A stretch of DNA of 64,000 nucleotides from NCBI GenBank assembly GCA_951406725.2, contig OX597815.1, forward strand, positions 160,766,001 to 160,830,000, in the 5' to 3' direction. The notes under the pieces were generated by a model that was not told the DNA's origin, ran no database searches, and saw only the letters and a list, made by a program, of their open reading frames with translations. The position numbers and the translations under genes were made by a program. Position 1 is the stretch's first letter. The number at the start of each line of letters is the position of its first letter. The DNA is from Octopus vulgaris. Its lineage: Eukaryota. Shown here piece by piece: positions 13,728 through 26,491 of the stretch.

Positions 13728-14318
13728 TACACATCCATTTCATGTACACATACATAGATCTTCCACTTTCTCCTCTTTCACTTTCTGCTCTCACTCCAAA
13801 GCAAATGTCACCTTTTCACTTTCTCTTCTCTTTCAATTTCTGCTCTCTTCAAAGCACAAAGAAATAAAATGGTTTTACAGAAATTAATGAATAAATTCGA
13901 GAACTGAGTCACCGATTTTTGACTTATGAAGTATCAAAAGATTCAACAATCTTTTGGCTATCAAATAAACTTTACATATTTGCATTACAAAAATTTAACA
14001 ATATAATCTTTTTTATAATTCAACTACCCTAAACAACAATTTATACCACAATGATGATGATGTCACATTTTCTATATGAGTGCATACTTTACTATATGTT
14101 ATGAGGAAATACAGTCACTCACGTTCTCTCTCACATGCACATACATACAAAATGGATGTATGCATATGTATTTATGTACGTGTATATGAATGAGAGAGAG
14201 AGTGAGTGAGTGCCACTTACATATAGATGCAAAAAATACATACATGACAACACACACCTTCACTTTCTCTCTCTCTTTTACACACACATGCATGCACACA
14301 TACACACACATCCATTTC
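13285..14318. repeat. Diverged local duplication (13285-13741 and 13902-14318)
   Basis: Shared blocks aactgagt..., tatgttatgaggaaatacagtcactcac, gagtgagtgccacttaca and catgacaacacacaccttcact occur in the same order. Confidence 0.8.
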
Positions 14319-14850
14319 TGCTTTCTATGCTGCCATGGGTTGGATGGTTTGACATGGAGCTGGATTGCAGGAAGCTGTCCAGATTCTAGCTGTCTGTTGT
14401 GACATGGTTTTTATGTCTGGATGCCTTTCCTAACACCAACCACTCAACAGTGTGAGTTGGGTGCTTTACACAGCACCGGCATAGGTGTGTTAACACAGTA
14501 CCAGCATGTGTGCTTTTTAAGTGGCACTGGCTCCTGAAAGGACACAATCTGTATATTCCTTATATTGAATGATACATAATTCAGTTCCTGCTTAAGAATC
14601 AATTAGATTTGATCATTCTAAATTATTTGTTTATAGAAGCATTGAATGAATCATACTATTTGCAGCAAAGAATATCATAGAATGGTAACTGTCTCAATGA
14701 AATGATACAAATTTTCTGCAAATAGCTGATTGGGTATTCTTAGTACATCAACTGCTTCTGTCTACCATACATACTTTATTTGAATGACAGCTGTAGTCAA
14801 GTGGTGTCATGCTTAAATATTTCTATCTTTATTCATAAGGAAAAGATATT

Positions 14851-15290
14851 CATCATCATCATCATCATCATACATCCATTTTCCATGCTAGCATGGGTTG
14901 GACGGTTTGACTGGGGTCTGGGAAGCCAGGAGGCTGCGTCAGGCTCCAGTCTGATCTGGCGGTGTTTCTACAGCTGGATGCCCTTCCTAACGCCAACCAC
15001 TCCATGAGGGTAGTGAGTGCTTTTTACGTGCCACCGGCACAGGGGCCAGAAGAGACTGGCAAATGGCCATGATCGGTTGGTGCTTTTTATGTGTCACTGA
15101 CACAGACGCCAGTCAGGTGGTGCTGCCATCAGCTACATTTGGATAGTGCTTTTTACGTACCACCGGCACAGGAATCTTAACTACAATTTCCATTTTAATT
15201 TTTATATTGATGTTGGTGTTGATATACTTGACTCAATAGGTTTCCTCAAGAACAGTAGGTTACTCTACAATCCAAGGTTAGCATTATGAA
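14851..15290 (-). mobile_element. RTE LINE 3' UTR fragment with (CAT)n tail
   Basis: Matches 40314-41350: catcatcat...ttccatgctagcatgggttggacggtt...ctggatgcccttcctaacgccaaccactcc. Confidence 0.85.
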
Positions 15291-16251
15291 GTATATTTAT
15301 GTATATGTGTTTTCATTGATAGATATATGTGCATGTGTGTTTGTGTGTGTATGAGTTACTGGTACATTGTCAGTGCTTTATTTTAATGTGATACTCTGCA
15401 ATAGAATATATCTACAGATCTTTGCCAACATAGTACATATGGACAATTGTAAGAACCTAATTATAAACAGTATGTCTGTGAAAAGAAAATGAAGAATCAG
15501 CTGGACTAGTTTCCATCCTGTTTTTAGATTTCCTCAGCGAAAGCTCTCTCTTTAACTGCCCACAAGGACACAGCTTACTTATTGAAACCAAATCAGACTT
15601 GATTTTATATAATGCATTGACTAATTTTATATACACATTTTACATCATCCTAATAACAAAGTATTAACACAACTTTATTATGATATCATGGTAGAATTAA
15701 TTCAGACAAAAGCATTTCCTTGACTTGTATTGATTTACACATGTACTAGTTTAAAACATAATATATAGGTATTTATAATGTTTGAGATGTCTGTCTTACA
15801 TTCAAAGTATTCTTTCTAATTATGATGCGTCAGAAATAATTCTTTGAATATATGATGGTAATTTCACTCTTGAGGCCACCCTTGTAATTACAATCATACA
15901 TTGTATTAACATTCCATGAGATAGCTTCAAGATAGAAGGTTAAAAGCTCAAGTATTGTAACACATCTAAAACTTGTCAAATAAAGATAGATTAAACCCAA
16001 TTTGTGAATGGAGTTCAATTCAATAGTGTTGATTATTCACAATTTGTCTCACTGTGCATTAACAAAGAGTCTGGCTCTCTGTAACAATTAACCTATCATT
16101 AGTCTCACTTGCAATTCCTTACTTAAGCTAAATAAGCATTTATTCGCATTGTTAGAGATGGATTGCATTCTTTGTAGCAGTCTGATGGGGAAAGCGGTGG
16201 GGATCAGTATAGATTAAAATGGCTGGTTGTGATCAACGTAGAGTTTGTGGA

Positions 16252-16320
<69 letters not shown>

Positions 16321-16473
16321 CTACACACATATACATACACACATATATATATACATGCATACATATATATATACACACAATTACATATATATACACATGC
16401 TTATATATATATGTATATATATATATATACACACATATAGATAGATAGACAGATGGATAGATAGATAGATAGT

Positions 16474-16512
<39 letters not shown>

Positions 16513-16901
16513 GAGATAGAGAGGCTACAATGAGTCAGTTGGTGTGTAGTAGCAATGTAGAGTTGTTTGATGGTGATCACCCATTCCTGTCTTCATGATA
16601 CTGCCTTTTATTTAGATAGTCTTCAGACTAGTGTATAATGGCTTAACTTTGGTTTTCGTGACAGTAAGGATAATTTTGGGATTTTGCTATAGTTCTAGCT
16701 GGTTAGAAATTCCTCTATTTCACTTCTGATTCAATAGAAGGCTTGTTTATAGATCCTGCATTTGAGTTCTAGGGTTATGAAAAAACTTGGCAAAGCATAT
16801 TATACAAGACTTGATTTTATTCATAAGCTCATTGGATTTTTGCCATGAGAATTAATTTCTTATCTATTTTACTATTGTCTTTAACCCTTTAGTATTTAGA
16901 T

Positions 16902-17141
16902 CAGTGGTTCTCAACTAAGGTCCAAATAAGATTTTCTTGTTAAAATTTATGTGCATTAAATTGGTTATACTTCTAAATACACGAAGTATTTTAATTTATA
17001 TTTATACAATTCCTAATACTATTTATTTATAAGAATACAGCAAGATGCTTATTTCATACACGTCAAATGGCCATGGAGGGTCCAGTAGAGTAAAATAGAA
17101 ATCAAAGGGATCCAGAGGCAAAAAATGGTTGAAAATTACTG
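16902..17141. mobile_element. hAT-type MITE nested in a TTAA-CCC (piggyBac-like) MITE
   Basis: TIRs cagtggttctcaac / gttgaaaattactg; 8-bp TSD atttagat/atttaaat; host element begins ttaaccctttag at 16881. Confidence 0.75.
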
Positions 17142-18246
17142 ATTTAAATTAACCATACCCAGCCTAAATATTCTACCTGTTATATGTCCAAACTGGCCAG
17201 ATCCATTTTCTTATACCTACCCTAAAATGTCATTGTAAAAAAAAATAATTACATCATCAAAATCCTAAGCTATGAGGTGACACATGGTTAACCTTTTAGC
17301 ATTTAAACAGGCCATATCAAGCCCTAATATTTTTCCTGTTTTATGTTTAAAATGGCTTGGTTTAACCTCTCACACCTGCCCTACAATGTCATCATGAAAA
17401 TCAGCAAATTGACTCATCAAAATCTTGAAGCTACAAGATAATGCATAATTATTTTGTTCAAAACAATGTACAGGTGTGGCTGTGTAGTAAAAAGTTTGTT
17501 TCCCAGCCATGGGATTCTGGGCTCAATCCCACTGCATGGCCCTTTGGGCAAGTGTCCTCTACTATAACCTCAAGCTAACCTAAGATGTTTGCCTCACCTT
17601 AATTTTTGTTGTCCTCTTTAACAATCAAATATCCACTGCATTGGAAATCTGCAATGGTTCCATAATTACCATCTCTGCTATAACCTTGGAGCCCTAGTAA
17701 TCCGTTACAGCACTTACCTAGCATACCTAATCATTTAGATCACCTGTGAACTAAACCCCCATACTTTGTGCGTATATATATATATATGCCATGGAAGCCA
17801 GAAAAGTGGTTCTTATGAGTCAGTATGACTTAAGAAGGAACTTTACTTTTTAACTAAACTCCACATAGTATGCTGAAAGGTTAATAAGATTATTTTTTCA
17901 CCTTTTGCTTAAGATTAATCAATGAAGAAATGGGTGATTAGTTCTTGTATAAAACTGGTATGCCTTTTTGGGGGTTTTTTTTTTTTGAAATCCCAAACAA
18001 AATAAACATCATAACCAATCTGCCTTTTCCAGAATGGCAATACCCTGGAATTCCAAACTCCTTTTCATGCAGACATCAACAAGGAACTGATCATGAGTAT
18101 CTTTTAATGGTGCCAATATCGCTAGTCTCGGAGAGCTTGTGAAGGCTATGAGCACAGATCCTTCTTTTAGACTAAACCAAGATAGAAAAAACAAACAAAA
18201 GAAAACAGAAAATGAAACAAAACAATAAAAATAAAAAAGACACATA

Positions 18247-18416
18247 GGCGCAGGAGTGGCTGTGTGGTAAGTAGCTTGCTAATCAACCACATGGTTCCGG
18301 GTTCAGTCCCACTGCGTGGCATCTTGGGCAAGTGTCTTCTGCTATATCCCCGGGCCGACCAATGCCTTGTGAGTGGATTTGGTAGACGGAAACTGAAAGA
18401 AGCCTGTCGTATATAT

Positions 18417-18450
<34 letters not shown>

Positions 18451-18672
18451 TTGTTTGTGTGTCTGTGTTTGTCCCCCTAGCATTGCTTGACAACCGATGC
18501 TGGTGTGTTTATGTCCCCGTTACTTAGCGGTTCGGCAAAAGAGACCGATAGAATAAGTACTGGGCTTACAAAAAGAATAAGTCCCGGGGTCGAGTTGCTC
18601 GATTAAAGGCGGTGCTTCAGCATGGCCACAGTCAAATGACTGAAACAAGTAAAAGAGTAAAAGAGTAAAGAG
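18247..18672 (+). mobile_element. Full-length tRNA-derived SINE family A
   Basis: Pol III A/B-box-like head (tggctgtgtggtaag, ggttcagtccc), internal TA/TG microsatellite, (gtaaaaga)n tail. Confidence 0.92.
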
Positions 18673-20612
18673 AGTCTGCCATAGAATTTGAACTCACAGT
18701 GTAAAAGCATTTAAGCAAGCCACTACTTCTGTAAATGCAGAAAAATATATGAGATTTGAATTTCCTAAAACAAGAGTAGTTTCTGCACCTTGTTCAACTT
18801 GATATTCTGGTCTGTCTAAGATATTATTGTCTTATATACATTGAAATCACTTATTTCTCTAGAATCTCTGGCAACACGGCAGAACATAAAAAATGCAATC
18901 AAGAAGCTATAAAATCCACTGTCCTATACTTACATTCATTATACATACGCACATATACCTGTGTGTGTGTGTGTATCTACGTACACACACACACACATAT
19001 GTGCATGTATTTATGTATGTGTATATATATATGTGTGTGTATATGTGCATGTTTGTGTGCATTTATGTAAATATATATATATAGATATACACATATATGT
19101 GTGTGTATATGCATGTATGTATATATATATGTATGTATATGTGTGTGTGTTTATATGTATGCATGTATGTATATTTGTGTATGTATATATAAATGTCATT
19201 CACATACACATGCTCATTCATACATTTACATGAACAATTGATAACAAGACAAAATAGTCGTGTATGTATTTATGAATGCATGCATGCATGCATGCATGTA
19301 TGTATGTATGTATGTATGTATGTATGTATGTATGTATGTACGTATGCATGTATGTATTTATGTATGCATGTATGTATGTATGTTCATATGTATGTATGTT
19401 CATATGCATGCATGTATGTATGTATGTATGCATGTATGTATGTACCACCACATAGTCAAGCACGTGGATATACACACTCATACATATACACACAGATTAT
19501 CAATCTCATTCAAAATGAACTCATGAAAGTTTTCAGTCTTATCTTAATATAAAATGCTACGACAGTAAAATCCCACTGACTCTAGCAACATTTCATTTCT
19601 GGATATTCCTTGCATAATTTCCTCTTTAACTAGACCATATCTTTCTCTTCTTCACTTTCTCATTTCGTTTTTACAACATTCACAGTTTTATCTTCTCTGC
19701 TTTTCCTTTTTCTATTTGCATCATTCCTAAACTTGCTTCTGTTTCACTTGTTCTTTTCTCCATTGCTTCTGCAATTTTCTCAATTTTTTTCACATTTCTG
19801 TTTTTCTTTTTTCCTTATTTTATTATATATATATATACATTTCTTTTTGTTTCATCCACATCATTATCAACATTACTTTTTTTTTTCTAATCCTCCCTCC
19901 TCGCCTTCATTCTTCTTGCTTTTGTCTTTCAAAAACATTTATCTTCAAGAGAATCCTTCCTTCAGCTTTTTCCTCTTTCATTTCAATATATAACATGTAA
20001 GCGCAAAACAGTACTGGTGATGGGAATATAATAATGCAGTCATCTGTAAGCTGTGTAGATGGTGAATATTGATAATGATAGTTATTTTGATAACAATTGC
20101 TACAACTGATGTTGTTTTTGTTTAACCTCCAAGTCAGTTCTAATCTACCAGGCCTAAGATCAAAAGCATTCAAGCCATGACAATCCTGATTTGCTTTTCA
20201 GGAATAGTGTATCTCGGACTACATTATTTATTTTCAACATAGCCAAAATGCAACACAGACTCTGGTTCTCGTTTTCAGAGCCGGAACATACTTCAACCCT
20301 AACTACTAACTTTCTGCAAAATTCACTTGAGGTACCCAATGGAGTACTGCATCAACATTTCAGATTGGGCTGCTGCCATACACACTCACACATGCATGCA
20401 CATGCACACACATGCATGCACGTGCATGCACACACACACATCCTTGACTACCAGAAAGTAACTATGAGTAGACAGCTTACTTTCTGGGTACAGTCCCATT
20501 GCATGGCATCTTGGGCAAGTGATTTTTTACTATTGCCCTGGTCTAACCAAAGCCTTGTCAGTGGAATTGGTTGGCAGAAACAGAAATAAGCCATTGTATG
20601 TATATCATCATT

Positions 20613-20918
20613 GTTCTCTTTACTCTTTTATTTGTTTTAGTCATTTGACTGTGGCCATGCTGGAGCAATGCCTTTAGTCGAGCAAATCGACCTCAGGACT
20701 TATTCTTTGTAAGCCTAAGTTAAGGGTACGTAAACATACCAGCTTCGGTTGTCAAGCAATGTTGAGGAGACAAACACAGACACACAAACTTTTACACACA
20801 CATACATATATATATATGTCAGTAGAAGACACTTGCCCAAAGTACCACACAGTGGGACTGAACCTGGTACCATGTGGTTCGTAAGCAAGCTGCTTACCAC
20901 ACAGCCACTCCTACACCT
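20613..20918 (-). mobile_element. SINE family A, internally deleted
   Basis: Tail and head of family A present, central parts missing. Confidence 0.8.
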
Positions 20919-20924
20919 ATGTTC

Positions 20925-20976
<52 letters not shown>

Positions 20977-21118
20977 TGATCACATGGTCGACAATGTGCT
21001 GTGCATCGTTTTCATATGATGTCACCCTGCTAGCCAGGCAAACAGGCCAACATTCCTGCTAATTAGAAGGCTACTCCATTGCAGGGTCACTCGTTTACAG
21101 CTGAGTGAATTGGGGCAA

Positions 21119-21403
21119 TGGCATAGTGGTTAAGAGCGTAGACTACTAACCCTAAGATACCGAGTTCGATTCCAAGCAGTGATCTGAACAATAATAATAA
21201 TAATAATAATAATAATGATAATAATAACATCGAAAAATACCTTAGGAATGAAAACCCAGGTTCAAAATTTCCCCCAAGACACCTGATGTAGGCTGGCAGG
21301 TATATCAGCCAAAATGTTGTGTTAACAACAAACAAGATGAGGACAAATATCCGTGTAATGTAAATAATGTACATAATCCCTCATCTCTCAAATATAGAAC
21401 TGT
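21119..21403 (+). mobile_element. tRNA-headed SINE-like insert with (AAT)n linker and hammerhead-like tail, nested in a family B SINE
   Basis: A-box tggcatagtgg, B-box gagttcgattcc; the host SINE motif agctgagtgaattggggcaatg|tgaaatgaagtattttgctcaagg is split by this insert. Confidence 0.7.
21279..21322 (+). ncRNA. Degenerate type I hammerhead motif
   Basis: acac-CTGATGT-a-ggctg(gcaggtatat)cagcc-AAAA-tg-TT-gtgt; stems I and II intact, core positions A9 and G12 mutated. Confidence 0.5.
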
Positions 21404-21694
21404 ATGAAATGAAGTATTTTGCTCAAGGACACAACACACCACTTAGTCCAGATATCAAATCCATGATCTCACAATTGAGTGCAACACCCTGACCACTAGG
21501 TCACATATACACACACATACATATATATATACATATACGACGTGCTTCTTCCGATTTCCGTCTAACAAATCCACTCACAAGGCTTTGGGCGGCCCAAGGC
21601 TATAGTAGAAAACACTTGCCCAAGGTGCCACGCAATGGGACTGAACCTAGGACCATGTGGTTAGTAAGCAAGCTACTTACCGCACAGCCACTCC

Positions 21695-22130
21695 ACGTAA
21701 CAAACACCATCCGAGCGTGGCCGTCCGCCAGCCTCGTCTGGCACCTGTGTCGGTGACACATAAGAAAACACCATCCGAGCGTGGCCGTCTGCCAGCCTCG
21801 TCTGGCACCTGTGTCGGTGGCACATAAAAAACACCATCCGAGCGTGGCCGTCTGCCAGCCTCGTCTGGCACCTGTGTCGGTGGCACATAAAAAACACCAT
21901 CCGAGCGTGGCCGTCTGCCAGCCTCGTCTGGCACCTGTGTCGGTGGCACATAAAATCACCCACTACACTCTCGGAGTGGTTGGCGTTAGGAAGGGCATCC
22001 AGCTGTAGAAACACTGCCACATCTGACTGGCCTGGTGCAGCCTTCGGGCTTCCCAGACCCCAGTTGAACCGTCCAACTCATGCTAGCATGGAAAGCGGAC
22101 GTTAAACGATGATGATGATGATGATGATGA
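21695..22130 (+). mobile_element. RTE LINE 3' UTR with four ~62-bp tandem units and (GAT)n tail
   Basis: Reverse complement of 40314-40750; ends gcggacgttaaacgatgatgatg. Confidence 0.9.
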
Positions 22131-22626
22131 TATTATTTTATTTTTATTTATTTATTTTCACTTCACTTCTCTACCAATCATACATGTTTTCCTATCTGTT
22201 GTTATTTATCTATCTAACTATTGTATCTAATTTCTCCTCTATTAACTCTGCCCGACCAAGTCTCGCTCTATCATCTTTTTCAACCTTCGCGTATCTGTCT
22301 ATCGATCTCCGCCATCTTTGAAGCCTGTTCCCTTAATACACTTCCGCCTTGTCCAAAAATTCCTTTCCGGTCAATTTCTTTACTTAAGGCAACAACATGT
22401 GCTCTCTCTTTCATTCACCTAGCAGCTAATAATCTCGAGCACAGCTAAGTTTGAATGCTTATATTATTTTATTTTTATTTATTTATTTTCACTTCACTTC
22501 TCGACCAATTATACATGTTTTCCTATCTGTTGTTATTTATCTATCTAACTATTGTATCTAATTTCTCCTCTATTAACTCTGCCCGACCAAGTCTCGCTCT
22601 ATCATCTTTTTTCAACCCTCGTGTAT
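22131..22626. repeat. ~165-bp direct repeat, period 331 bp
   Basis: 22131-22294 is near-identical to 22462-22626. Confidence 0.9.
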
Positions 22627-22881
22627 ACGCGGTGCACCCACCCTGCCCACCCCCACCACCAATACCGGATATCTCTATATTTTTGCTCCATCTATACCGG
22701 ATGTTGTTTCTCCCACCACCATTATAGGTGTCTACTCTTCGAACCCCCCTCCTCAATACGCTATTTCACCATGCATTACCCTCTTGATATCCTACGTTCT
22801 ACTTGCCTAAGAACCTGTCATCATTCTCTGAACCACCCCTCCCCACTGGTGCTCCCCTATATTTCTGCCCCCCCCCACATA

Positions 22882-23115
22882 GAAAAAGCACCATCCGAAC
22901 GTGGCCGATGCCAGACCCCTCTGGCACCTGTGCAGGTGGCACGTAAAAAACACCCACTACACTCGCGGAGTGGTTGGCGTTAGGAAAGGCATCCAGCTGT
23001 AGAAACACTGCCAGACTAGACTGGAGCCTGGGGCAGTCCCTAGCTCCCCAGACCCCGGTCGAAACCGTCCAACCTGTGCTAGCACGGAAAACGGACGTTA
23101 AACGATGATGATGAT
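22882..23115 (+). mobile_element. RTE LINE 3' end
   Basis: aaaagcaccatccg...cacccactacactcgcggagtggttggcgttagg...ggacgttaaacgatgatg. Confidence 0.85.
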
Positions 23116-24781
23116 ATATATATATGTATGTATGTATGTACAGATATACATACACACACACATCTACATATGTGTGTTTTAGTGTTTGTATTTGTCCTCC
23201 ACCACTGCTTGACACAGAGTGATGGTTTTTCTACATCACTGTAGCTTAGCAGTTTGGCAAAAGAGACCAATAGAATAAGTACCAGTACTTAAAAGAAAAA
23301 TAGTACTAGGGTTATTTCATTTGGTATGGCCTTGTTTCAACCATTGGACTGATGCCATACCAAATAAAATAAAGAAAACCAACACACCATTAGATTTTCA
23401 TTAGAATTCTAAAACAACTCATCCCTCTATGAAGCTTGTTTCTATTTAAACAAACACTTTCTATGTTTAAATAAATGGTTTGACAGAAAAATAGCAAAAA
23501 GATAGTAGATGGTAAGCTTGGTAAAATTTTTATGTCTTATGTAAAAGCAAAAGTTACAAAATAACTGGTCAAATTTTTTTTTTCTTTCCAAGAGTATTCA
23601 AATCCAGTATCAGCAATTTTACCCCATAATATTTCATATGGTGTCCTTATAGACTGATTCACAAACAATGTAAAGTAAATGTGTGCTTAACAACAACTGA
23701 GCTAATATTTACTATTGTGAGAAGAGAAATCAAGAACATCATAAACAGCTTAAGAAAAGAAGAAAAACGTGTTTATTGATTAAATATTGGAAAGAAAATC
23801 AAATGACAAATATGTTTAAGGTTTGCTCTAGATAGTTAAAAATTATTTAACTTTACATCATATTTCCATTATATATATGATCACCATGATAATGATGATG
23901 ATATATTTATATATATATGTATATATATATATATATATGTATGTATATAAATATATATACATATATATATATATCATTGTCATCATTGTTTAATGCCCGT
24001 TTTCCATGCTGGCATGGGTTGGACAGTTTGTTTTGGCATGGTTTCTATGACTGGGGACCCTTCCTAATACCAACCACTTTACAGAGTGGGCTGGATAACT
24101 TTAGTATGCCACCCACATTCATGTGGCACCAGCATGAGAGCATCTTATGAGGCACCAGCATGAGTGCATTTCATGTGGCACTGGCTCCTGCAAGACAAAA
24201 ACCTCTCAGCTGGGGCCATGGACACATAGGACATGCCTGTATGTAAGGATGGCCATGATTTTACTTAGCTTCTGGAGTCTTCTCAAGTACAGCAAAGCGT
24301 TACAAGTCCAGTGTCTTGTCATCTCCTCAATGAGGCCCAGCATCTGAAGATCCATTCTCACCACTTCATCTCACATCTTCCTGGGCCTACCCTTTCCACA
24401 GATTCCTTCCATATATGCAGAAGGTGGCACTGAACACATTTGGCAAGAGTTACATATATTGATTTCAAATTTTAGCACAAAGCCAGCAGTTTTGGCAAGG
24501 TGGGTAAGTTGATTATATCAACCCCAGTGCTCAACTGGTACTTATTTTATTGACCTCAAATGATAAAAGGCAAAGTTGACGTCAACAGAATTTGAACTCA
24601 GAACAATAATGAATGAAATGATGCTAAGCATTTTAACCAGTGTGCTAATAATTCTGCAAGCTCGTCAGCTTAAGAGATACATATACCAATAAAACACTTT
24701 TCTGTAGATACTGAGATAGGTTCATCCTTTGAACCTATGAAACTTCAAGTCATTTAGAGCTGAGTCAAACTGTTATTAAAT

Positions 24782-24831
<50 letters not shown>

Positions 24832-24838
<7 letters not shown>

Positions 24839-25399
24839 CCCTTCTTGGGACACAAAACTCTACTTGTGAAGACGTGTTGAGGCAAGTGAGGATCAGAATC
24901 GAAATCGATCAATGGAAATTGCGGATGTGCTACCAGTGCCGGTGGCATGTCGAAACTCTGCTTGTGAAGACCCATTGAGGCAAGTGAGGATCAGAATCGA
25001 AATCGATCAATGGAAATCGATCAATGGAAATTGCAGATGTGTTACCAGTGCCGGTGGCATGTAAGAGAACTTTCCGTTTCGCGACCGTTGCCAGCACCGC
25101 CCCGTTTCGTGTCTGTTGCCAGCCTCGCCTGGCCCTCGTGCCGGTGGCACATAAAAAGCACCATCCGTTCGTGGCCGTTTGCCAGCTCTGTCTGGCACCA
25201 GTGCGGGTGGCACGTAAAAAGCACCCACTACACTCACGGAGTGGTTGGCGTTAGGAAGGGCATCCAGCCGTAGAAACACTGCCAGATTTGACTGGGCCTG
25301 ATGAAGCCTTCTGGCTTCACAGACCCCAGCAGAACCGTCCAACCCATGCTAGCATGGAAAACGGACGCTAAATGATGATGATGATGATGATGATGATGA
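24832..25399 (+). mobile_element. RTE LINE 3' UTR (related subfamily) with internal duplication and (GAT)n tail
   Basis: Begins ataccttcccttcttg (compare the reverse complement near 41360-41375); the block gaggcaagtgaggatcagaatcgaaatcgatcaatggaaa is duplicated. Confidence 0.85.
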
Positions 25400-25593
25400 T
25401 ATATACATATATAATAATAAATATTAGGGAATAAATCCAATTTTACAGGGAAAAAAATCAGATTTAGGATTAAATCCAATTTTATAGTAAAATATTATAT
25501 AATATTAATTAGAGACAAAACCACTATTTTGCAAAACAAACAAGGAAAGACTTAATCAATACATAAAATTTTAATAAAAAGTCAAAAAAACCG

Positions 25594-25636
25594 CCACTAC
25601 AATTGTTTCTTGTCCTGATCGACAATCTTCAGGTGG
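25594..25636 (-). ncRNA. Minimal type I hammerhead ribozyme (intact core)
   Basis: Minus strand: ccac-CTGAAGA-ttgtc(gatcag)gacaa-GAAA-c(aatt)g-TA^gtgg; palindromic stem III. Confidence 0.8.
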
Positions 25637-25719
25637 ACTTCCAATTTTCAAGTCAGTTTCAAATATATATAAGTGTATGAAAGAATGGAGTTGAACGACT
25701 AGTTAACAAGTATCCTTTA

Positions 25720-25802
25720 TTCTCGACATATGTTTCGAAGGCTGCATATTCCTAATTCCGAAGGAATAAGGAGTACATTATGCAGATTTCTCATCAGGAA
25801 AA
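25720..25802 (-). ncRNA. Type I hammerhead ribozyme with long stem II (intact core)
   Basis: Minus strand: ttttc-CTGATGA-gaaatctgcata...tatgcagccttc-GAAA-c(atat)g-TC^gagaa, with AATAAA overlapping the end of stem I. Confidence 0.78.
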
Positions 25803-26236
25803 TCAAGGAACTTATGTCGACATCAAAATGTACAAAAACTTTTAGCTGACCGCTCTCAAGGAGCCCATGGCGATAATGAGTGTCACTTTATAATGAGTGA
25901 CGTCAGAGTGGCTGAATGTAGAAGAATCTAGAAGTTTCTAAAGGTTCAAGAGTTCAAACGAAGTAGGAGGAGGAGGTATAAGAATAGTAAGGTGAGAGAG
26001 TGCAGGTCAAAAGAATGGTGGGTTTAAATGATTTCTTTTGTGAATGAGTGCCTGTGTGTGTGACTGTATATAACTGTCTTAATGTGTGTATGTGTTTTCC
26101 GCACGAAGATACGTAGTCTATGCCCTATGGACAACTTAATGATTATGTTGTGGGCTCATATTTTCTTAATGAATATGCTACCCAGGTATCGGTTATCTTT
26201 CGAATTATCCTTAATAAGATAATTCATTCAATTACT

Positions 26237-26273
<37 letters not shown>

Positions 26274-26419
26274 TTTTTTTACTTGTTTCAGTAATTTGAC
26301 TGTGGCCATGCTGGAGCATGTGACAGGGATGTAAACACACCAGCATCGGTTGTCAAGCGATGGTTGGGGGGTCAAACACAGACACAAATAACAAACACAC
26401 ACATACATATATATACATA

Positions 26420-26491
<72 letters not shown>

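Noticed and set aside
22243-22270. Twister-like TAACTCTGCC...CCAAG
   Set aside because: It lacks the complementary P2/P1 strands and pseudoknot partners.
25298-25320. CTGATGA-agcc-ttct-ggct as a hammerhead
   Set aside because: The stem is followed by TCAC rather than GAAA, there is no stem III or stem I, and it is part of the RTE 3' UTR.
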